This document shows positions 17,645 to 24,314 of a stretch of DNA of 32,000 nt, one piece after another. The stretch spans positions 3,120,001-3,152,000 of the forward strand of contig NZ_CP036280.1 of NCBI RefSeq assembly GCF_007748075.1, written 5' to 3'. The position numbers and the translations under genes were made by a program. Each line of letters begins with the position of its first letter. Position 1 is the first letter of the stretch. The notes beneath the pieces were generated by a model. The model did no database searches, was not told the origin of the DNA, and saw nothing but the letters and a program-made list of their open reading frames with translations. The stretch is from Mucisphaera calidilacus (GTDB lineage Bacteria > Planctomycetota > Phycisphaerae > Phycisphaerales > Phycisphaeraceae).

Positions 17645-18199
17645 TCAGGCTGCGGCTCGCAGGGCGGCCTGGTCGAGTGCCCGGAGTTCGTCGGTGTCGA
17701 AGAGTTTTTCGAGGTTGAGGAGGATGAGGAGTCGGTCCTGGAGTTTGCCGACGCCCTGGACGTAGTCGGAGTTGATGCCTGTGGCCATGGGTGGCGCGGG
17801 CTCGACGATGTCGGAGTTGATGCGGAGGACCTCGTTGACGGAGTCGACGGTGAAGCCGATGACGCGCGTCTCGACCTCGACGACGATGATGCGTGAGTCG
17901 GCGGTGTTCTCGCGGATTTCCATGCCGAAGCGTTTACGCAGGTCGATGACGGGGATGATTTTCCCGCGGAGGTTGATGACGCCCTCGACGTAGGAGGGGC
18001 TCTGGGGGACCTGGGTGATCTGCATCATGCGGTTGATTTCCTGAACGCTCAGGATGGAGACCGCGTATTCTTCGTCGCCGACCACGAAGCTGACGAGCTG
18101 GAGCAGTTCGCCTTCGGCGGTGGAGCCGATCTGTTCGGTGGTCTGTTTCTGGTTGATCTGTTCGGCGAGGTCGGTGGCACGTTCTGCGATCGTGGACAT
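17645..18199 (-). CDS. cheW: chemotaxis coupling protein CheW
   Basis: LVSFVVGDEEYAVSILSVQEI...VEGVINLRGKIIPVIDLRKRFG is the CheW-like domain. GGAG upstream of the ATG. Confidence 0.95.
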   Translation of the reverse strand: MSTIAERATDLAEQINQKQTTEQIGSTAEGELLQLVSFVVGDEEYAVSILSVQEINRMMQITQVPQSPSYVEGVINLRGKIIPVIDLRKRFGMEIRENTADSRIIVVEVETRVIGFTVDSVNEVLRINSDIVEPAPPMATGINSDYVQGVGKLQDRLLILLNLEKLFDTDELRALDQAALRAAA

Positions 18200-18342
18200 G
18201 GTTTTTTCTCCATCCGGAAGGGACCTGCGTGGCTCAACAAGGCTTACGCCTAGCTATCGTCGGAGCGTGGGGTGTCTTGCTTTAGGTGATGTGTGGTGGT
18301 TGCGGGACGATATGGGTGTGATTTCGCGTGGGTTACCCGGCG

Positions 18343-19428
18343 TCAGTCGTCGTTATCGGGATTTGTGGTGAGTCTGAGTTCGACGGCGGGGTGGGCGTGT
18401 CGGGAGGCGGCGTCGCGGTCGTGGTGTTTTTTCTTGGCGGCGTAGAGGTCCTGGTCGGCGATGACGAGGAGTTGTTCGGGTCGTCGTGCGTTGGAGGCGA
18501 GGCGTGTGGTGATGCCGGTGCTGACTGAGGCGTTGCCTTTCTGGCCGTGTCGGAGGAGTTGTGCACGGGAGGCGACGGCGAATTCGCCGGCGATGCGATC
18601 GGCGACCTGTCGTGCGGTCTGTTCGTCGGTTTCGGGCATGAGGATGACGAACTCGTCGCCTCCGAGTCGTCCGACGCAGTCGGATCGTCGGCTGTTGCTT
18701 TTGAGGACGCGTGCGAGTTCGCGGAGCATGAGGTCGCCGAAGGCGTGTCCTGCGGCGTCGTTGAGTTGTTTGAATCCGTCGAGGTCGATCATGAGGCAGG
18801 CGAGGTCGCGGTTGTAGCGTTGTGCTTCGGCGAACCCGCGTTCGAGGGCCTCGCTGATGGCTCTTCGGTTGGCGAGCCCGGTGAGGGGGTCGGTGGCGGC
18901 GGCGGTTTCGAGGAGCGTGACGGCCTCTTCGAGCTGCTGGTTCTTGAGTTTGACCTGGGTGAGGGTGGCTCGGAGTTGTGCCTGGAGGGCGTGGTGGTCT
19001 TCGCGGAGTCGGTGTTGTTCGAGGTTTTTCTCGATGATGGTGGGGAGGATGTTGAGGAGGTTATCGGTTCGGATGACGAAGTCGCAGGCGCCGGCGCGGA
19101 TGGTGGCGGGCGCGAGGTGAGCGAGGTCGTGGTCGGCGATGACGAGGACGGGGAAGGTGTGTGCCTCGTTCTGCCAGTGCGTGATGAGGTCGATGACGGG
19201 GTCGTCTTCGTGGTGGAGGAGGATGATGGCGAGGTCGGGGCCGTGCAGGAGGTGGCGTGCTTTCTCGATCCCGTCCGCCCAGTTGATGTGTTGACCGGTC
19301 TGGTGTTGCGTGAGGGCGCGTTCCCAGTCGGTCTTGTTCTCCCGATCCGCCCCGATGATCAGGACCCTGGTGTTGGTGTGGTCCTGGGGTGCGAGCTTGT
19401 GGATGATGTCGTTCTCGGGCCTGATCAC
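18343..19428 (-). CDS. diguanylate cyclase (GGDEF) with degenerate N-terminal receiver-like domain
   Basis: C-terminal DPLTGLANRR...GRLGGDEFVIL with RRSD (RxxD I-site) 5 aa before GGDEF. The N-terminal domain aligns to CheY-like receivers but lacks the acidic pocket, the phospho-Asp, and the conserved Thr and Lys. GTG start at 19428 with AGGAG 8 nt upstream. Confidence 0.9.
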   Translation of the reverse strand: MIRPENDIIHKLAPQDHTNTRVLIIGADRENKTDWERALTQHQTGQHINWADGIEKARHLLHGPDLAIILLHHEDDPVIDLITHWQNEAHTFPVLVIADHDLAHLAPATIRAGACDFVIRTDNLLNILPTIIEKNLEQHRLREDHHALQAQLRATLTQVKLKNQQLEEAVTLLETAAATDPLTGLANRRAISEALERGFAEAQRYNRDLACLMIDLDGFKQLNDAAGHAFGDLMLRELARVLKSNSRRSDCVGRLGGDEFVILMPETDEQTARQVADRIAGEFAVASRAQLLRHGQKGNASVSTGITTRLASNARRPEQLLVIADQDLYAAKKKHHDRDAASRHAHPAVELRLTTNPDNDD

Positions 19429-19546
19429 GCCAACGGCTCCTGCACGGCTCGTTCCTGAGGGGAGAGATCGGTCTCATCGCGGCGTGACTTAACCGTCAAA
19501 GTCGGCCTTGTTTCACAAGGTCCGGATCTGCTTTAGGGTGGTCTGT

Positions 19547-20572
19547 ATGGATGATGGTCTGATCGTGGAGGCGACGGGGGGCGGGGTTGAGCGTGCGTCG
19601 GCGGCGCTGGGGCGTGGTGAGCTGGTGGGCATGCCTACGGAGACGGTTTACGGGTTGGCGGCGGATGCGTTGAATGAGCGTGCGGTGGCGCGTGTGTTTG
19701 AGGCGAAGGGCCGTCCGCGGTTTGATCCTTTGATTGTTCACGTCGGGGATGCGGGTGCGGCGGCGGGTTTGGTATCGGAGTGGCCGGAGCGGGCGCGGCT
19801 GCTGGCGGAGCGTTTCTGGCCGGGTCCGTTGACGCTGGTGCTTCCCAAGCGGGGGTTGGTTCCTGATCTGGTGACGGCGGGTCTGGATTCGGTGGCGGTG
19901 CGTTGCCCGGAGCATCCGGTGGCGTTGGGGTTGATTCGTGCGTTCGGGGGTCCGGTGGCGGCGCCGAGTGCGAACCGGTTTGGTGGGATCAGCCCGACGG
20001 CGGCGGAGCACGTGGTTTCGGAGTTGGGTGCGTCGGTGTCGTTGGTTCTGGATGGTGGTCCTTGTGGTCGGGGGTTGGAGTCGACGGTGGTGGGGTTGAC
20101 GGGTGAGCGTGCGACGCTATTGCGTCCCGGGGCGTTGGCGATTGAGTTGATCGAGGGTGTGGTGGGGGCGTTGGAGCGTGTTGCTGCGTCCGATAACCCG
20201 TCGCGGCCGCAGGTTTCGCCGGGGCGGATGGATCGTCACTATGCGCCGCGTACGCCTATGTTGACGTTCGGAGCGGCGGTGCCTGATCGTGAGATCATCG
20301 TTCGCGCGGCGGGTGGTGCGGATGTGCCGGTGGCGTTGATGACGCTTGGGCCGGGTCACCCGGCGGCGGGGGTGTACGGGTGGCATGAGCAGGTGGTTCT
20401 GAGCGAGACGGGTGACTTGACGGAGGTGGCGGCGGGCTTGTTTGCGGCGTTGCGTCGTCTGGATGAGGGTTCTGCGGGTCTGATTGTGGCGGAACATCCG
20501 ATAAAAGCGTCCGGTTTAGGGCCCGCGATCCGCGACAGGCTAGCCCGCGGGTCGATGGTTCAATCTTTCTGA
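19547..20572 (+). CDS. tsaC: L-threonylcarbamoyladenylate synthase, long Sua5 form (YrdC domain + Sua5 C-terminal domain)
   Basis: GELVGMPTETVYGLAADA...KGRPRFDPLIVHV...GPLTLVLP...VAVRCPEHP...APSANRFGGISPT. The ~340-aa length implies the extra Sua5 domain. ATG 19547 is preferred over TTG 19508. Confidence 0.9.
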   Translation: MDDGLIVEATGGGVERASAALGRGELVGMPTETVYGLAADALNERAVARVFEAKGRPRFDPLIVHVGDAGAAAGLVSEWPERARLLAERFWPGPLTLVLPKRGLVPDLVTAGLDSVAVRCPEHPVALGLIRAFGGPVAAPSANRFGGISPTAAEHVVSELGASVSLVLDGGPCGRGLESTVVGLTGERATLLRPGALAIELIEGVVGALERVAASDNPSRPQVSPGRMDRHYAPRTPMLTFGAAVPDREIIVRAAGGADVPVALMTLGPGHPAAGVYGWHEQVVLSETGDLTEVAAGLFAALRRLDEGSAGLIVAEHPIKASGLGPAIRDRLARGSMVQSF

Positions 20573-20591
20573 AATTTCGGGGTTCTTCTGA

Positions 20592-20619
20592 TTGACAAGA
20601 CTGAAGACTCCGATATCTT
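20592..20619 (+). promoter_or_regulatory. putative sigma70-type promoter TTGACA-16 nt-TATCTT
   Basis: A perfect -35 at 20592-20597 and TATCTT at 20614-20619, in a locally AT-richer intergenic patch 20 nt after the tsaC stop. Confidence 0.4.
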
Positions 20620-20625
20620 TAATGC

Positions 20626-20876
20626 GGAAGTCGGGCGAACATCCGGCTTCCACAACCGGCCCCCTCAGCCACGGCCGGGCCCGAGCCTGACGCAAGAATG
20701 ACGGGCGGGCGGATCCTGAGGGGGACTTTGACAACTTGGGTTTCAGGAGCCTGGCGCGGTCTCGTTCGTCTTCCCGACAGCCCCACCCCTTTCCGATTTC
20801 TCTTCTCAGAAGACCCCTTGCTCCACCCATAGTTTCAACCGTCGACTCCCTAATCGGGGTCGACGGTTGTTTTTTT
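20626..20876 (+). ncRNA. candidate ~250-nt structured non-coding transcript or leader (class unknown)
   Basis: Bounded by the promoter-like element above and a strong intrinsic terminator. Local helices are visible by eye: GGAAGUCGG/CCGGCUUCC (20627-20651) and the long-range pair CCCCCUCAG (20661-20669)/CUGAGGGGG (20716-20724). It contains no convincing ORF. Confidence 0.35.
20836..20876 (+). terminator. rho-independent terminator
   Basis: caaccgtcgac-t-ccc taatc ggg gtcgacggttg forms a ~13-14 bp stem with one bulge and a 5-nt loop, followed by TTTTTTT (20870-20876). Confidence 0.8.
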
Positions 20877-20940
20877 GCGCGCAGGGGAGGAGGTCGCAGG
20901 GCTCGTGGTTCGGGGGCGCGGCGTGGGCATGCTGGTGTGT

Positions 20941-20964
20941 GGGGTGGGGAGGGGTGTTGGGGGG
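20941..20964 (+). other. canonical G-quadruplex motif GGGG-T-GGGG-A-GGGG-TGTT-GGGGGG on the sense strand of the ATPase leader
   Basis: Direct read. Four G4+ tracts with loops of 1, 1 and 4 nt, ending 33 nt before the ATPase ATG. Confidence 0.5.
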
Positions 20965-20997
20965 TATGAAATGTGATTGTGACGCTATGATGCCCGC

Positions 20998-23019
20998 ATG
21001 GCACACGACTTTGTTAAAGATCAGTTTCATTTGGATGCCGAGGGCGGTCGCCTGGGGCTTCAGATCATTCTCACGCTGCTGGGCGGCACGCTGCTGATTG
21101 CATCGGCTGTTGCTTACGGCATTTACGAGAACAACGACACGGCGCAGCTTTTTGCGGCGGCGGCGACGATTCTGCTCGCGGGTCCGTTGATCTGGACGGC
21201 GGCGATGGAGATTCTGCATGGTCATCAGCACATGAATGAGCTGGTGGCGTTGGCGGTGCTGGCGGCGTTTGCGACGGGTCAATACATCGAGGCGGGCGCG
21301 ATCGCCTTCTTCATGATCATTTCGGTGCTGATCGAGAACCGGACGGCGTTGGGTGCTCAGAAGTCGATTGAGAGTCTGGTTCGGATCACGCCGACGCGTG
21401 CGTTCCGCGTTGTGGGTGATCAGGAGGAGGAGATTGATGCGGCGTCGCTTTCGCCTGGCGACGTGGTTCGGGTTCGTCCTGGTGACAACATTCCGGCGGA
21501 CGGCGTGATTGATCGTGGTGCGTCGACGGTGGATCAGGCGAACATCACGGGTGAGTCGTTTCCTGTGGAGAAGGAGGAGGGGGACGAGGTTTACTCGGGC
21601 ACGATCAACCTGACGGGTGTGATGGAGATCCGGGTGACGTCGGCGGGCGAGGACACGACGCTGGGTCGAGTGAAGGAGATGATTCTTCAGGCGGAGCAGA
21701 CGAAGGCTCCGTTCATGCGGATGATTGATCGATATGCGTCGTGGTATACGCCTACGGTGCTGATGCTGACGTTCATGGTGTGGTTTTTCGTGAGTCAGAC
21801 GGACCCGACGGAGGCGGCGTCGCGAGCGATTTCGATGCTGGTGATCGCGTGTCCGTGTGCGTTGATTCTGGCGACGCCTACGGCGATGGTGGCTTCGTTG
21901 TCGGCGGCGGCGCGTCTGGGCGTGCTGGTGAAGTCGGTGGTGAATCTGGAGGCGGCGCGTGGGTTGACGTCGGTGATTTTCGACAAGACGGGCACGTTGA
22001 CGACGGGTTCGCTTGAGGTTTCGCGGCTGGCGCCGGCCGAGGGTGTTGATGGTGCGGACCTGCTGCGTTCGGCGGCGTCGGCGGAGCAGAACTCGCGTCA
22101 CCCGGTGGCGCGTGCGGTGTTTGGGGTGGCGCGAAAGGCTCGTCTGGAGCTGACGGAGCCGGTGGATTTCGAGGAGGTTGCGGGCAAGGGCGTGCGGACG
22201 CGTATCGGCGAGGACTGGGTTCTGGTGGGTCGGGGCACGTGGCTGGCTGAGGAGCAGATCAGTGACGGGGCGCGTGGGGTGATCGAGCAGATCGGGTCGT
22301 CGGCTGAGACGGAGGGTCTGTCGGTTCTGTACGTGGTTCGGAACGGTGAGTTTCTGGGTTGGATCGGTCTGGCGGACAACACGCGTGGGGAGGCGGCGCA
22401 CGCGGTGGACTGGCTACGGAACCTGGGCATCAAGCGGATGGTGATGTGCACGGGCGACCGGGAGTCGGTGGCCAAGCGTGTGGCGGAGCAGTTGAACACG
22501 GAGTACCAGGCTGAGGTTCTGCCTGGCGAGAAGCTGGAGTTGGTGGATCAGCTCAAGGGTCGTGGCCACAGTGTGGCGATGGTGGGTGACGGTGTGAATG
22601 ACGCGCCGGCGTTGGCGGCGGGTGACATTTCGATTGCGATGGGTGCGGCGGGTTCGGACGTTGCGATTCACTCGGCGTCGATCGTGATCAACAACAACAA
22701 TCTGAACCGGATCCCGTTCCTGATTGATCTGAGTCGTCGGACGCACGCGGTGGTGCTTCAGAACCTGGCGTTGGGCGGCGTGTTCGTGATTGCGGGTCTG
22801 GCGCTCTCGGCGATCGGTTACATCCCGGCGATTGCGGCGGCGGTTCTGCACGTGGTGAGTTCGCTGATCGTGATCTTCAACTCGGCGCGTCTGGTGCGTG
22901 TGGGTGAGGAGATCGAGGAGATGGAGGCGAAGGGTCTGGACCGGAAGCATGGTCAGCGTGCGGCGGCTCGCTCGGGTTCGGGCGACGGGGCTGCGGCGGG
23001 CGGTCTGGTTCCGGCGTGA
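20998..23019 (+). CDS. heavy-metal-translocating P1B-type ATPase (CPC motif, no N-terminal metal-binding domain)
   Basis: TGES (ITGESFPV), CPC in a TM helix (LVIACPCALILATP), DKTGTLT phosphorylation site, SRHPVARAV, and the GDGVNDAPALA hinge. 8-TM layout. Confidence 0.95.
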   Translation: MAHDFVKDQFHLDAEGGRLGLQIILTLLGGTLLIASAVAYGIYENNDTAQLFAAAATILLAGPLIWTAAMEILHGHQHMNELVALAVLAAFATGQYIEAGAIAFFMIISVLIENRTALGAQKSIESLVRITPTRAFRVVGDQEEEIDAASLSPGDVVRVRPGDNIPADGVIDRGASTVDQANITGESFPVEKEEGDEVYSGTINLTGVMEIRVTSAGEDTTLGRVKEMILQAEQTKAPFMRMIDRYASWYTPTVLMLTFMVWFFVSQTDPTEAASRAISMLVIACPCALILATPTAMVASLSAAARLGVLVKSVVNLEAARGLTSVIFDKTGTLTTGSLEVSRLAPAEGVDGADLLRSAASAEQNSRHPVARAVFGVARKARLELTEPVDFEEVAGKGVRTRIGEDWVLVGRGTWLAEEQISDGARGVIEQIGSSAETEGLSVLYVVRNGEFLGWIGLADNTRGEAAHAVDWLRNLGIKRMVMCTGDRESVAKRVAEQLNTEYQAEVLPGEKLELVDQLKGRGHSVAMVGDGVNDAPALAAGDISIAMGAAGSDVAIHSASIVINNNNLNRIPFLIDLSRRTHAVVLQNLALGGVFVIAGLALSAIGYIPAIAAAVLHVVSSLIVIFNSARLVRVGEEIEEMEAKGLDRKHGQRAAARSGSGDGAAAGGLVPA

Positions 23020-23036
23020 TGGTGGGGTTTGGGGGG

Positions 23037-24104
23037 TCAGCCGACTTCGCGGCTCTGGAAGAGCCCGACGGCGAGGCTGAGTACGACGCCGGCGTAGAGG
23101 GATCCGTAGGCGACGATGCTTGCGATGTAGGTGAGGGTGAAGGGGTTGCCCTGGGTGATGGCGTCGGCGGGCCAGAAGTACTGGAAGTTGGGGAGCAGGA
23201 GGTAGAGTGATTTCACGCAGAGGAAGATGGCTTTGACGCCCAGGGAGATTTCGGCGTTGGCGATGGCCTGAGCGGTGGGGATCCAGCCGTACCCGACGGG
23301 GACGTGGACTTGCTGGTCGACCCAGTTGGAGAGGAATCCGGCGGTGACGCCCAGGCCGAGTACGCCCAGGCAGATCATGAGCGTCATGACCTGTCCGAGT
23401 CGTGTTGAGGCGGCGATGGCGACGGCGGCGATGACCATGACGCCTTGGAAGACGAGGATGAGTCCGAGGAGGGTTTGTGCGAGTTCGGCGTTGTGCTGGG
23501 TGAGGTCGTGCCAGGGTGCCTGGAGGGTGAATTCCTTGCCGATGACGAGGACGAGGAGGAAGGCGGCGGTGAGTGTGATGGCGAGGGTTTTCATGAGGAT
23601 GGAGGTGAAGACCCATCGGTAGAGGTAGTTTCCGGCGGTGGCGATGAACATCGATCCGGCGATGGCGGCGCATCCGAAGAGGATGACGGGGATGTCGAAG
23701 TCGTCGCGAGCGGTCTGCATGACGCGGTGTCGGATGGTGAGTGCGAAGACGGCGGCGAGGATCCAGAAGGCGAGTGTGATGGCGGCGGCGACGCCTGCGA
23801 ACTTCCCGAGGACGAAGATGGGTCGGTTGACGGGTTTTGAGATGACGGTGAGGACGGTTCGGTTCTCGATTTCGGTGGCGAGGACGCCTGTGGCGGAGAA
23901 GGCTGAGAGGAAGAGTCCTGCGAGGAGGACGGTGGAGAGGCCGAGGTCGATCATCAGCTTGTTGTCGTTTTCGAGGGTGTAGGCGGCGAGCATGGGGTTG
24001 ATGACGAGCATGATGATGCCTACGAGGGTGATGACCACGTAGACGGGCTGTCGGATGGCTTCGGAGAAGGTGTTGGCTGCGATGGACCAGAACTGTTGAA
24101 GCAT
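23037..24104 (-). CDS. ABC-2-type transporter permease (NosY/GldF-like)
   Basis: Polytopic membrane protein with ATEIENRTVLTVISKPVNRPIFVLGKFAGV, a motif paralogous to ATEFGQKQIYMTLTKPVSRWQYLLGKWLGI in the 30042..31892 product. Confidence 0.8.
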   Translation of the reverse strand: MLQQFWSIAANTFSEAIRQPVYVVITLVGIIMLVINPMLAAYTLENDNKLMIDLGLSTVLLAGLFLSAFSATGVLATEIENRTVLTVISKPVNRPIFVLGKFAGVAAAITLAFWILAAVFALTIRHRVMQTARDDFDIPVILFGCAAIAGSMFIATAGNYLYRWVFTSILMKTLAITLTAAFLLVLVIGKEFTLQAPWHDLTQHNAELAQTLLGLILVFQGVMVIAAVAIAASTRLGQVMTLMICLGVLGLGVTAGFLSNWVDQQVHVPVGYGWIPTAQAIANAEISLGVKAIFLCVKSLYLLLPNFQYFWPADAITQGNPFTLTYIASIVAYGSLYAGVVLSLAVGLFQSREVG

Positions 24105-24314
24105 TCGTGGAGCTCGTGGGAGGAGGGGGTTAGTCGCCGCTTGTTCCTGTTAGCGGGTATCATACGTCGTTCCCCGCGGGCCTCGGCAGGGTCTGTCAAG
24201 GGTATTACAATCCGGTCCCGTCCCGCCGTCCGGGGCTCCGGTTCTGCTCCGGAAGCTGGTTCAGGGCGTTCTGGGGGGTGAGGGATCGGGACTGAGACGC
24301 ACTTTCGATAAGGA

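Noticed and set aside
18255-18284. A sigma28 (FliA)-like promoter upstream of cheW on the minus strand: TAAAG-N17-CCGACGATA.
   Set aside because: The -10 element matches GCCGATAA only in its CCGA core, with an apparent 2-nt interruption, and the spacing is 1-2 nt long. That is too weak to call without TSS data.
20698-20831. A 44-codon ORF (MTGGRILRGTLTTWVSGAW...LLHP*) ending 5 nt before the terminator hairpin.
   Set aside because: It has no SD. GC3 is ~64% by hand count, against clearly higher values in real genes here, and the peptide is unremarkable. I treat the region as non-coding RNA or leader, although a micro-ORF cannot be excluded.
20626-20876. Assignment of the structured spacer to a known RNA class (NiCo/czcD, yybP-ykoY, M-box, cobalamin, TPP, 6S, SRP, tmRNA, RNase P).
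   Set aside because: I could not find the conserved cores from memory (for example GGGGAGUAG, a B12 box, the SRP domain IV GGAA loop, or a tRNA-like CCA end). Only vague resemblances appeared (CUGAGGGGGACUUUGAC). This needs a covariance-model search.
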